A stretch of 64,000 nucleotides of DNA from Macrostomum lignano (taxonomy: Eukaryota). Positions 48,781 to 60,676 of this stretch are shown here, piece after piece. The notes under the pieces are model-generated. The model worked only from the letters and a program-made list of their open reading frames with translations. It ran no database searches and was not told where the DNA came from. A program made the position numbers and the translations under genes. The DNA lies in the NCBI GenBank assembly GCA_002269645.1, contig NIVC01000230.1, forward strand, positions 496,001 to 560,000. The letters run 5' to 3'. Every line of letters starts with the position of its first letter. The stretch's first letter is position 1.

Positions 48781-49660
48781 GAAGTTTTAATAACTAACAA
48801 ATTTTGGCTTAATATTTTAATATTCCCATTCTTTTTACACATGAGAGCCGAAAACATCTGCAGATCTAGCATTGACTAGATGGAGAAGTGTCTTGTAGCA
48901 GCAGCAAGTGTCTTGTGTAAATTGTTTCTTGCTTGCGCCATCTGCAATTTCGAATATCCTCTGTCTGCTCTCAAGCTCAAATTTTCTTCTTCATTATTCA
49001 TGCTGTTCCTGTTGTTCTTGTACAGATATGAGATGTATTTAATTGAATTGCTTGGAGATAAATTTGTATACCTGTTTGTATGTAATAAAATTTTATAAAT
49101 AAAATTTATTTCAATGCGTTTTATTGTTGATATTGTTCATCATAAAATTTCATTCATAAAAAACTTCTTCACAGTTTTTGCTTACTTTATCAAGGATAAA
49201 GAAAGACAGAACTACCAAAACGCTACTTATAGTAGAACGTAGAGCTTTGGAAGTAAAATTTTGGCAAAACAAAGTTGTTGACTTAGAGTTGTTTACCGAG
49301 ATTTGTTTCGATAACACTTGTTTATTATAGAAAAGTTTTCACCAACTTGGTTGTTGGAAGCACTCGAGTACGAGTAATAGTGGTTTGAATAAGCATGCAT
49401 GTAAAAGTAAAACAGTAATTTCATAAAATTAGAAACAACGCACTTAAAAAACAGACCGTAAACTTGCTGCCGCTGCACAAAGTAAAAAGTAAAAAAGCAA
49501 AGGAAAGTAAAAATTAGATAAATAAAGGTTCTAGATATTAGGGATTCACTGGGTGCGCTTTCTTCTGAACGTGCTAGAATTAGTTCTACGAGACAGGTGG
49601 GTAAGGTGGTCCTAAGAGAGTTAGATGGTTCCAGGTTAGCTGAAGTGTTTACATGGTTTC

Positions 49661-51112
49661 TAGAGTGTTTCCATGAGTACTAGAGTGTTTCCATGAGTAC
49701 TAGAGTGTTTCCATGAGTACTAGAGTGTTTCCATGAGTGCTAGAGTGTTTCCATGAGTACTAGAGTGTTTCCATGAGTACTAGAGTGTTTCCATGAGTAC
49801 TAGAGTGTTTCCATGAGTACTAGAGTGTTTCCATGAGTACTAGAGTGTTTCCATGAGTACTAGAGTGTTTCCATGAGTACTAGAGTGTTTCCATGAGTGC
49901 TAGAGTGTTTCCATGAGTACTAGAGTGTTTCCATGAGTGCTAGAGTGTTTCCATGAGTACTAGAGTGTTTCCATGAGTACTAGAGTGTTTCCATGAGTAC
50001 TAGAGTGTTTCCATGAGTACTAGAGTGTTTCCATGAGTACTAGAGTGTTTCCATGAGTACTAGAGTGTTTCCATGAGTACTAGAGTGTTTCCATGAGTAC
50101 TAGAGTGTTTCCATGAGTACTAGAGTGTTTCCATGAGTACTAGAGTGTTTCCATGAGTACTAGAGTGTTTCCATGAGTACTAGAGTGTTTCCATGAGTAC
50201 TAGAGTGTTTCCATGAGTACTAGAGTGTTTCCATGAGTACTAGAGTGTTTCCATGAGTACTAGAGTGTTTCCATGAGTACTAGAGTGTTTCCATGAGTAC
50301 TAGAGTGTTTCCATGAGTACTAGAGTGTTTCCATGAGTACTAGAGTGTTTCCATGAGTACTAGAGTGTTTCCATGAGTACTAGAGTGTTTCCATGAGTAC
50401 TAGAGTGTTTCCATGAGTACTAGAGTGTTTCCATGAGTACTAGAGTGTTTCCATGAGTACTAGAGTGTTTCCATGAGTACTAGAGTGTTTCCATGAGTAC
50501 TAGAGTGTTTCCATGAGTACTAGAGTGTTTCCATGAGTACTAGAGTGTTTCCATGAGTACTAGAGTGTTTCCATGAGTACTAGAGTGTTTCCATGAGTAC
50601 TAGAGTGTTTCCATGAGTACTAGAGTGTTTCCATGAGTACTAGAGTGTTTCCAAGGATTCTAAAATGTTTTCATGAGTACTAGAGTGTTTCCATTAGCAC
50701 TCCTAGAGTGTTTCTGTGAGTACTAGAGTGTTTCCATGAGTACTCCTAGAGTGTTTCCATGAGTACTAGAGTGTTTCCATGAGTACTCCTAGAGTGTTTC
50801 CATGAGTACTAGAGTGTTTCCATGAGTACTAGAGTGTTTCCATGAGTACTAGAGTGTTTTCATGAGTACTAGAGTGGTTCCAAGAATTCTAAAATGTTTT
50901 CATGAGTACTAGAGTGTTTCCATTAGCACTCCTAGAGTGTTTCTGTGAGTACTAGAGTGTTTCCATGAGTACTCCTAGAGTGTTTCCATGAGTACTAGAG
51001 TGTTTCCATGAGTACTCCTAGAGTGTTTCCATGAGTACTAGAGTGTTTCCATGAGTACTAGAGTGTTTCCATGAGTACTAGAGTGTTTTCATGAGTACTA
51101 GAGTGGTTCCAA
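49661..51112. repeat. 20-bp satellite (tagagtgtttccatgagtac) with a 229-bp higher-order duplication at its right end
   Basis: About 50 near-identical units, then two copies of a variant block starting at 50651 and 50880. Confidence 0.97.
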
Positions 51113-51384
51113 GAGCGTTTCTATGCATGCTATATATTTTTTTGGTGTAGTTTAACGGTTTAAAGTGTGATAGGGTGTTCAACTGATGTCAGGATGTTAC
51201 AGATGGTATACCTGGTCAGGGATTTTGGAGCAGAGTTATGGAGGTTTGAGTTAGGGCGATCTATGCAGAAATAAATTTTCTCGCTTGCCAATCAATAGTA
51301 ATCAGTCTTGCAGACAAATTAAGTGTTATAGTTAGTTATGATGGTTAAATTGTGTTCATCCAAGTCAGAAGCAGTACGTCACTG

Positions 51385-53524
51385 TTATACTGTGTTATAC
51401 TGAACTTGCAGCACTGAGAAGCAGGCATCCAACTTATTCCGTTCTTTCTCCAGTTCTTCAGCATGTCTGTCCAGTTCAAGATAGGTGCTACAGTTTCCTT
51501 TCAGTTGGTTTTTGATATCTTCAACTGAGCTGGCAGTTGGCCAGGAATGATTCCGGTGATCTACGATCTGTGTGGCTGCATGAGACACGGTAGCTCCCGT
51601 TCTGTCAGACAGCTGGTCAGAGTACTTCTCCAATGTCTCCGCTAGTTTGCCATGCACATTCGGCAGATGGGTATTGTAAGTTCTCAGGCAGCCGATGAAG
51701 CTGTCTAGATTGCTTTTCAGTTCTTCTACTGGGCTGAAATAATAATATTTTTCGCAAAATAAGCGAGATTTAAAATGAAAGCTACTAGCAATCAAGCGCG
51801 TATTACACAATAGGCAGGTGTGGCACCGTCAGGTAACCGACAGGTGTGATACTAGACTGCATTCACAAATGACACTTGTGACACAGGGTTGCATGCACTC
51901 AAAAAATGGAAACATTTTATCACCGATATGCGCCGAAGTAGGAAAAACAATTTGTCGATAAGTATTGAAAATGTACCACTTACAAGAGCACAGAATATGC
52001 ACAGAACACTCAATCACGCATTTCAAGCAATTTCTTGCACAAGAGTTGCATTCTGCACTAGTTAATCTCATTGTGAAGAAAAACTAAGTAGGCCGAACGG
52101 CACTTTGCAAGTTTTTTTGCAATATCGTATACGCTACTATTACTGAGTTGTCCGGTCTAAAAATTCAAAAAAGATATCTAATTTTCCCTTTGTTTTGTTT
52201 TGTTTTTAGGCTTATTTTCTGTGCTAGTTCCGCTAAATGAAATGCTATAGCTTTTTTTGTTAAAGTCCACCCAGGCTCTCTATTTAAAAATAAAAGAGAA
52301 CTGGGAGTTTTTCATAAATTTCTATACATTTAATTCATACTACTGAGAAGGTTCGCTAGATAAGTAGGCTGTGCGAAGTTTAATTCTTTTTGTAGTAGGA
52401 ACCATTATTGGACATTCTGTGTATATTCTGCAGTAAGAACGACAACAGAGTAAATACGCTCGCATGAATGTCGGATGAGGTGAAATAGACTAGTCATCAG
52501 CAAATCTGTGATCGGAGGCAACCTGCACCTATAAAAGTGGACGCATTGGATACATCGCAAGACTTTACAAACGCCAATATTGTGAGCTACATGTATTACA
52601 ATGAAGCCTTACCGTCCCTGGGTTAGCAGCCTCGTTGCAGTCGAATGAAGATTCGCTGAAGAAGCTGCTATATTATTCTCAACGCGCTGTATGGCTCTAG
52701 CGTCCGAAGTTTCTAGGCGGCTGGATTCTATCAGACGTTGGGCCACTTCGCGACACTGCTGAGTCTCGTTTTTCTCTTAAGTGAGTGCCTCCGACACGTG
52801 CAGTTTAATGTTGGTGATGTCATTGCCTAGCTCAGATGAGTGGTGTTCCAAACTTCCGGCTGCCATCAAGCGGGTCACCGTGCCATCAGTATCGTTCAGC
52901 ATCTGAATCCGTCTGATCTTGCGATCCAGATCGGTCCTTAGATCAGTCAGTTCTCCGATGAGATAATCCAAAACGGCTCCGCTTTTTTTGATGCGGTTAA
53001 GATGATTGTGCAAACTTGTAACAGAGAAATGTTCATTCTGGTCTGCCAATGTATCGGGATGTGATTGAAGCCGAGTTCGAATTGTGATGCATTTGTCCAG
53101 CAGATGTAACTGAATAGCATTTAATTTTCCCAGGGACAATCTGAACGTGTGGAGTGCTTCAATAGCCAGGTCAAGCTGACTACGCAGCTCATCGAATGCA
53201 TCGATTCTAAAACATCCTTTGTTCTGACGGCAGTACCAGAATACTGTCGACTAAATTCATCGAGCTCAGAGGAATAGCAAATTCCTCGATCTTTTTGGAC
53301 CAGTGTCGTACGTTAGACCACTCGTCATTCGCTTGGCGTCGTTCTTGAGTGGTTAAACCAGGAGATCTAGACAGAATATAGGCGACAGACTCACACAGTT
53401 GGGTCTCTTGCTCCACCAGTCCATAAACATCAGAGAGCTTTTTGAAAAGCTGCAAGCTAATCCGGCTAGCATCAGACTCAGCAGCGGCTACCAGCTGAGC
53501 TGGAGTGTCCACCTCGGATGCCAT
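51385..53524 (-). pseudogene. Two-exon (or more) coiled-coil/helical-bundle protein gene, weakly BAR-like; one frameshift and one in-frame TAA
   Basis: ORF 53207-53524 shifts at ATGTTTTAGA into the frame of ORF 52777-53139. The frame continues past TAA (52777) for 55 codons to donor CG|GTAAGG (52612), which joins acceptor atttcag at 51734 in phase into ORF 51385-51810. TATATAAG at 53669-53676 (minus). Confidence 0.55.
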
Positions 53525-54792
53525 TGCTTTGCTTTTAGAAATACTTGCTTAAGCTATACAGGTTTCTTCACAAAATGACATACAACAAAGTTAACTGTTA
53601 GCTATAGCTACAAGTAATAGGAATTACGAGTTTTTTGTATGTGACAATCAAAACAATAATTTCTATTGCTTATATAGATTGCTTAGTTAAATAAGGAACA
53701 AAATACTTGTACGTTCGAGTTAGCTACACACGAAACAAGTGTATTGCATATGTACGTTTTTCACAGCAGTCATTATTTCACGAACTTATTTCTCGCTAAT
53801 GCAAAGTAAAAGGAGGTGAATAGATATTACTGTACAAGCATAAAAGGCGGGAGTGCAGTCACGTGATGAAATGCGTACTTACATATAGGGGTTAACTGTT
53901 CATGGGGATCGAAACAACTATGGAACAATGGCCAAAACTAATAGTACTCTTTAGCTTCTTGAGGTTAGCTACAACTGCTTCTACATGTATTCAAGAGACT
54001 ATATTTCAGGAAAGTTTTATATTTTCTCTATGTACACTATATAGTGGCATGGCTAGCGTAAACAGGGTTCGGCAATAGCAGTCAGCACAAAGAAAGAAGA
54101 GGCCAAGCACTTTACTTTTAGTGGCGCCAAAAAGAATTTCAGGATTAAACGCACCATGTATCGCATAGTGTGCATAGTGTACAGTGTTCTATATAAGATC
54201 ATCAGTACAATACATCATGAGACACTGGTACAACATACTTCACTCGTTGATATGGAGTGACCTTCCCCTAAGTGAAGAAAATTTTACTGAAAATTGTACA
54301 TGTAGATCTACGCTTTAGCTGTGCAACAAGAAACGGAACAGCCAGAAAATTCTGATGGCCTGTCCGTGGAAAAACCGCGCTTACTAGGAACTTGCCACAA
54401 CTGCGAGTAAGAATTGACATTAATGCATTACATATTATAGCCCATTTCATACTTTATTTTGAGTTCAGCTGTTGAATGATATTAAAATGTATCGATCCAG
54501 TGATAGAGTGATCGATGTATCGATTTGAAATGAGTTAACAACAGCTATACCAGCCCACAGCACAACAACAGCAGTACTTTAAGGATTCTCTTATATACAA
54601 GATTCCATTATCTGTCCCCTTCAACCATATGAAAGAAACCAGTTTAAGGCAGAGAAAAAGCCAAAATTTTTCACTTGAGGGGCTCCAGCACCAGACACCA
54701 TTGCAGTTTAAAAAAAATTTCGAGTTGTTTTTGCATTTCATCTTAAGCGTATAGCTGGTACTGTTACAATTCAAGTGCAGTCTGTATGCAAA

Positions 54793-54878
54793 GGAAACTC
54801 CGTGAAATTTCCACGAAAAATCCGTGAAAAACCCAGAAATTTATTTATTTTGTGATTTAGTAGTGCGTCCTATAAAAG
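54793..54878 (+). promoter_or_regulatory. Promoter of the LRAT/PLAAT-like gene: cluster of CC(G/A)(T/C)G(G/A)AAA-type motifs plus TATA box
   Basis: ggaaactccgtgaaatttccacgaaaaatccgtgaaaa at 54793-54830; TATAAAAG at 54871. Confidence 0.55.
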
Positions 54879-54941
54879 TTTCTTTACTAATCTTGTTTTC
54901 TCTTGTTGCGCTCGTTGCTTTTGCCACAGACCGTAGAAAAA

Positions 54942-55541
54942 ATGTGCGTCGGATTCACAAACGGATATACTGACTACAAACCATGCAACTACGAAGAGGC
55001 GCTGAAAAATTTAAAACCAGGATCCAGTGTAAGTTTCAACAGAGGCAGTGTATATCACTTCGCAATTTACATAGGAATGGAAGATAAACCAGACGGTACA
55101 AGCTTTCCTGCTATCTGGCATTACTACGGTCCTGTTGATAACATGAGAATTCGAATAGACGACTTTCGCGACGTTATTCAAGGCTGCACTATACGCGTTT
55201 ATCGCTGCAACTGTTCCGAATCAAAAAGGTCTGATGTCATACGAAGATGTAAGAGTAGACTCGGAGAAGGCGGCTACAATGCAGTGTCGAACAATTGTGA
55301 GCACATTGTCCGCTGGGCTATAAATGGTGAAAGCGTCAGCTTTCAATCGCGCGCTACATTTATTCCGGTCACAATGCCATTTCAACTGGTTCGCCTATCT
55401 TTTGGGTCTCTATTTGGGGGAGGTTCCTCTGGATCTTCGTCAAGCTCTGGATCCTCTGGATCTTCGTCACGCTCTGGATCTTCTGGATCTTCGTCACGCT
55501 CTGGATCCTCTGGATCTTCGTCAAGCTGTGTATGCTCTTGA
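54942..55541 (+). CDS. LRAT/PLAAT (HRASLS, NlpC/P60 permuted) family acyltransferase/phospholipase with Ser-Gly tail and C-terminal CVCS, 199 aa
   Basis: KPG, YHFAIYIG (His), IWHY (His), SRLGEGGYNAVSNNCEHIVRW (catalytic Cys at 55296). First ATG at 54942; the track ORF starts earlier at a TTG. Confidence 0.9.
   Translation: MCVGFTNGYTDYKPCNYEEALKNLKPGSSVSFNRGSVYHFAIYIGMEDKPDGTSFPAIWHYYGPVDNMRIRIDDFRDVIQGCTIRVYRCNCSESKRSDVIRRCKSRLGEGGYNAVSNNCEHIVRWAINGESVSFQSRATFIPVTMPFQLVRLSFGSLFGGGSSGSSSSSGSSGSSSRSGSSGSSSRSGSSGSSSSCVCS
55425..55526 (+). repeat. Coding 27-bp repeat producing the (SGSSGSSSR/S)n linker
   Basis: Three to four copies of tctggatcttcgtcaagctctggatcc. Confidence 0.85.
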
Positions 55542-55919
55542 TGATCTGTTCAAGCCTGGAGTAAAGGAATCTAAGAAGAGCACAGTTTGCACCAAATTAA
55601 AAACAAGTCTTTTATCTCTTGCTCATTAAATATTTACATTTACGCTATATTTTCTTAATTTCTACTTTCAGTAGAGCATATCGAACATTGTTGTTTTTGC
55701 CTATGAAATTTTTTTCCCGAATTTATTATTCATCGATATTTTCCACGAATACAATATAATATTATATGTACATATGCCGTTGTGCAGTAGCTAGTTGTAA
55801 AGTTTTTCCTCTCTATTGTCTTTACCCGCTTCGTCTTATAACTCCAAGAGCTTGGTCGGTGCTGTTTCAAATTTTACTGTCATCATGGTGCTCCCAGACT
55901 TCGCAACAGCTAACCCCCA

Positions 55920-56072
55920 GTTACAACAGCTCTGCCGCAAAAATTACAGCAGAAGGGAACTGATGGGGGTTGTTTTGCTACGTTATTTGCATATCAAATA
56001 GGCCGTCAAAGTCTCTCCAGACATGAACCCCATCGAGAATGTCTGAGACTTCGTAAAATGGAGAGTTCAGAA
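55920..56072 (+). mobile_element. Decayed Tc1/mariner transposase fragment
   Basis: Reads (W)PSKS-PDMNPIENV*DFVKWRVQ, matching the conserved WP..SPDLNPIEN.W DDE motif, with indels and a TGG>TGA stop. Confidence 0.55.
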
Positions 56073-56915
56073 GGGAGCATCGCAGAATTGCCCTATAAGA
56101 CTTAATAGTTCATCACCGGCTGTTGATTAGGATGCCACTGCGAGTGATTACACTTTTGCATGCTCACAGTTGCTGCATTAAAATAGAAATTGAATAGAAA
56201 GAAAACTTAAAATAGCATTACAAGATAATTTCTATTCTAACTACGCAAGTTTCTCTTATAATACGGCTATTATTAATCAGTATTCATTAATATTTTATTT
56301 ACATATAGAAAGACATTTCACCTTTTAAATTGAAATAGTTTCTTTGCGAAAGTACGCATCTGATTTTCATTACTAAACCAATTCATGGTTGAAAATGTGA
56401 AGTGAGTTTCTCGAACCGTAATTTTTGTTAAAATAAACTTGACATGGGTACGTAGTAGCGACTAATAAACACATTTTAGAAAGTTAATCTGAAGCTATAA
56501 AAACCGGTTTGTAAGCTTTTTATTGATTCTTCGTTGTTGTTTCTCACTGTTTATGATGACGAGTATAATATAACAGTAATAATAACAAATTAATCTGCGA
56601 CACAGATAGACATTTAGCAAGGCTTGGTAAAAGCTTCTCAAAGGAGGCATGCAGAAAAAGCCTTAGACGATATACAAGCAATGTCCAAAGCAGCAGATTC
56701 TACAGAGACGTTCCACATGCTTGGTATTCAGAGTCGGCTTCAGCTGCTCTGATAATTGCTTTTATTATTTTGCACAACTAAAGACAGCTACTTTACAGTC
56801 TCAGAGAATATTTGCTCCAATAAATAAAATATGGATTTAGGAGCATAGTCGCTGTGTACTTTCGTTAATTTAGTCTGAACTTTCTGCGTGCTCGCTACGT
56901 ATATGATATAGCCAG

Positions 56916-57299
56916 TCAGCACCGCAGTCGCAAAATCTGTTCAATGACACCGTGAAAAACCCAGCAAATGGTCACGATAACTTTGAAGACCTGCCAGATG
57001 CAGCAGAAAAGGCAGCAGCAGACCTGACGGGCTGTCAGCTTTTCATCTGATGATTCTTCTGGTTGCAGTGGTTCCTGCTGCAGTTGCTGCTCCTGCGGTT
57101 GCTGCTCTTCCGGATGTTGCTTGTGCGGTTGCTGCTCCTGTGGTTGCTGCTCCTGCGGTTGCTGCTCCTGTGGTTGCTGCTCCTGTGGTTGCTGCTCCTG
57201 TGGTTGCTGCTCCTGTGGTTGCTGCTCCAGCGGTTGCTGCTCCTGCGGTTGCTGCTCCATCTCAGACCAAGTACATAGAGTTTTCTCACCAATTGACAT
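56916..57299 (-). CDS. Small Gln/Pro/Glu-repeat protein with Cys-rich hydrophobic C-terminus (CYSTM-like), ~127 aa
   Basis: (EQQPQ)n from a 15-bp repeat, then VCCCLFCCIWQVFKVIVTICWVFHGVIEQILRLRC*. The track ATG at 57404 overlaps a TATAAA, so a downstream ATG (57299 or 57260) is more likely. Confidence 0.6.
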   Translation of the reverse strand: MSIGEKTLCTWSEMEQQPQEQQPLEQQPQEQQPQEQQPQEQQPQEQQPQEQQPQEQQPHKQHPEEQQPQEQQLQQEPLQPEESSDEKLTARQVCCCLFCCIWQVFKVIVTICWVFHGVIEQILRLRC

Positions 57300-57835
57300 T
57301 GTGGAGCCTCTGTTCTTAGTCGAATAATTTTCAGCTAAATTTGAGCCCGATCTTTCGAGAAAGTTGACAACTTTGCTAATTTTTTCCACAAAAATAGCTG
57401 GCATTTATAGCGACAAGAATTGCAGACTTGTGTCAAAAAAGTCTCTTAATAAAAGATCTTCGTGAAGCAAAAACAGCAAAAGTCTTCCTGATATGCATGA
57501 AAATGTTTAATCCTAAATGTTGGAGAGACAGCTAATTGCGTCTGTTGTCTGCTGTTACTAATTGTCTACAAAGGACCTTGCATATATGATTTCTTCAGTT
57601 AGAACTTATGGGGTGCACATGTCTTGCCGATTTTGTCAAAGATCTTCTTCGATTTCTTCACGCAAACATAAAAGCATTCTTCTGCATCAGAACAGTTTGT
57701 TGAGTCTTTCTACTGCCGAATAGACGCGAACAACTAGAGTAAAAGTTAAATGAGGCGAAGTTTCTATCGCTTTACGAAATCTTTCAGCGGACTTATGTCG
57801 CCTTAAACGGATTTTTTTCAACTTATCTCAAGGGG

Positions 57836-58945
57836 ATGTCGAATGAAAGGGGACACCACTTTCGTTTTTATGGTCATACCTGCCTTTTGCCTGACAATCT
57901 CGGTGTATTCTCGCGCCGCCCTTCGCTTTCAGGTCGCCTCCGCTCCGGAGACGGGCCGCCCAAGAAGGCGGTCTCCGCCGGTCTGCTCTGCCGCCTCGCC
58001 CTCGCAGACAGCTTGTGGAAATCCCACAGCAGCCAATTCAAGGCCTGGCGTGCGTTATGTGATCAGGTGGGCATCGGTCCGATCACAGCCAGCGAGAGCG
58101 ACCTGTGCCAGTACGTCGTCCACCTGGTGCAATCACGGATCAGCGCCTCCTCAGCCCTGTGGTCCTACATCAATGCCGTCTCGGTGCTCCACCAGCTGGC
58201 CGGCTCGCCAGACCCAGCTCGAGGGGCGGCACGGCTGCAGTTCCTTTTGAGCGGCGCTCGGCGCTTCCTGGGGCTTCAGACCAAACAGGCGACGGCGCTC
58301 GAGCCTGCTCACCTGCGGCGGCTTGCGGGCGACCCTGTGCCCCGAACCTGTGGTCTGCATTCTGCGCCGCCTTGCTGGTGGCCTGGTGGGGGCTGATCCG
58401 AGTTGGCGACCTGCTGCCGGACTCTGGAGCTGCCGAGCTGCGCTCTAGCCATCTGTGCTATTCCGGCTCTGGGCTGGTGCCCTGTCGGTGCGGTGTTGCG
58501 CCACCTGCGCCAGAATCGCATCGGCGCCACAGTCCCGTTGTTCTCCTACCTCGTGGGCTCGCTTAGGCAGCGTTTGAAGCAGATGAGGGACCTCGCTTCT
58601 GCGGCAGGCACTGCGTAACTGCGGTTTCAACCCGTCCGCCTTCTCCAGCCACAGCCTGCGGTGCGGTCGGGCCAGCTTTGCCCTGCAGGCGGGGGTGGCC
58701 GCCTTGCCTGATATCATGGCCCTGGATGGCTGGCGCTCTGACTGTGTAAAGCGCTACTTCAGTGACGGTGTTTCTGTGGCTCGCAAATCTCGGGCGGTTG
58801 GTCAGATGCTGCTTTCCCTTTAATGCTTCGTTGCGCTGTTGCCGCCTCTTGCTCGCCAAACGCAGCTTTGTTTGCCTCTTTGCCTGTTTATCCTCATGGT
58901 TTAATTGAGCGAACACATTCACAGTTTAGACCGGATGAAGAGCAT
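57836..58945 (+). mobile_element. Decayed tyrosine-recombinase-encoding element (Ngaro/DIRS-type YR, alternatively Crypton), truncated
   Basis: N-terminal SAM-like region (FKAWRALC...DLCQYVVHL...SYINAVSVLH), then catalytic LIRVGDLL (R, 58399), SHSLRCG (HxxR, 58650), DGWRSD and KRY (Tyr), stop at 58821. At least three frameshifts; GC-rich relative to flanks; no RT visible. Confidence 0.8.
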
Positions 58946-59583
58946 CGCTTGCTCGAGTTTTTCGAGATTTGCAATCACAGTTCGAGATGGGGCTTTAACC
59001 GAATTTTAAGAGACTCAATATACTTGGCAGCGCATGCCCAATTGTCCTCACCGTCACACACTCCAACCGCTGTGATGATTCACACACATGTGCTGCTGAT
59101 TAGTGCGCTGTCACCGAAACATTATTGTTCACTGTGAAACTCGAGATTGTTACGGCAGCGGTGAAGAGACGATTTCTGCTTGCAGCTGAAAGATTTACTT
59201 TTGTTCATTTCGATCTCACTATTGCTAGTAAGAGGGCTGAAAAAATTATCGGCATTCTTTTCATACGCACGGGTTTCCAGTTATTGTTTGTCACCATGGC
59301 AGAAGCACTACATCGGTTCACTGTACAGCCAGTGTCAATCACCAAGGCGTCTGGTAACAGACCGACGATACTAATATAAGTTAGCCGCGAAACCTTTCTA
59401 TCTCGGGGGAAACTGAGAATTTAGTTATTTATGACATAGCTACGAGCGGAACTAGCATCTTGCTACTAATAGCAGGACCTAAAAGTTTCCATACGTTATT
59501 GTAGCTTCCATTGTAGCTTTCTAAATTTCCAGTAAATGATAAGTAATTACAAGTATTAATGACATCTGTCCATCGCTACATAC

Positions 59584-59764
59584 CACACCCTCAATTACCC
59601 CAGCTAATGCTGGCACCCATTTTACAGCTGGGTTAACTGTAAAGCAATGCAGAGAGAGTTAACTGTCTTGCTCATGAACACAAATAGTTCCCAGTGGGTC
59701 GAGAATCGAACCCGCGACCTTCAAGTCGTGAGTTCGAAGCTCTAACCACTGAGATACAACCCCA
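59584..59764 (-). mobile_element. tRNA-derived SINE with CORE-like domain, copy 2
   Basis: Minus strand: A-box-like tatctcagtggttagagc and B-box GGTTCGATTCT, then gtgttcatgagcaagacagttaac...ctgtaaaatggg resembling the MIR CORE consensus. Homologous to 30747-30912. Confidence 0.78.
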
Positions 59765-60676
59765 AACGTAGAAGCTGGTACATCCGCACTTTCTATAAAT
59801 AACAAATATTCCTATTTAAGTCAAATAAATTTTCTCCCCTTTTCTTCGAACTTCCTTAACAAAATATTTCTACACATGAACTGCGTATTATGTATAGTTT
59901 AACTATTTGCTATATTAGTCTACTCAGCAAAATTGAAAATTCGCCACTCCGCCACTCTATGTGCCAGATAGCAATTTCTCCTGGACTATTCTGAACTAAA
60001 CGATGCGAGAAAACTGAGAGGTAGCTTTAATCCGTCCAACCCAGCTCCCAAATCGAAAAATTTCCAAGCTCTTTGTGGTTATCAATTTATTTTCTACTAT
60101 AAAATAGTCGGATTGCGAAACATCGTATTAAAAAATGATAATATAAAAAATTGACAAGTACAATTTGAAAGTTTCCACCCAAAACCAGTTCGCGAGGACT
60201 GAGATATGAGAGTGGTAGCTTTAATCCAACTCTTAGCCATTACTCTCAACTCTCTCCTCACCACCCTATGCCAGTGCAACTCGCATCATCACCCACAGTT
60301 GAGACGGGATCAGCAAGCGTGGTTGTGAATTGCGTCATTTGGAGAAAGTTTGGGAAAATTTGACTACTCGTTTCGAGGTGGACGCATTAACATGCTGCTT
60401 AGTTTGTATCAGACTGAAACATGCATTACTTTAATATTTTAAGTTTTGCTTCGAAATAAAGTATGGCAAGTTATTTATAGGAGCTATAACGCATTAAAAC
60501 TTTGTTATTGTGGAGAACTACTTTTGAGTAAAATTAAATGATGGAAGCAAGTTCTTACTTTCCTAAAAAGTATTCATTTAAATGGTAAATGGTAAATTGT
60601 TTTTCTAAAATACAAAGACTTATAAAAGTCTGAAAAGAAAGCAACGACTACGTCGACTAGCAAATTAAAATTGAAA

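Noticed and set aside
47420-48872. Antisense and alternative-frame ORFs over the RhoGAP
   Set aside because: Expected in very GC-rich coding DNA; only one frame carries the GAP motifs.
57836-58823. Prophage or bacterial integrase
   Set aside because: No other phage genes; motif layout fits eukaryotic DIRS/Ngaro/Crypton YRs and the flanks are host-like.
59690-59764. A functional tRNA gene
   Set aside because: No convincing cloverleaf or acceptor stem; it continues into a CORE-like body and has a diverged second copy, so it is a SINE.
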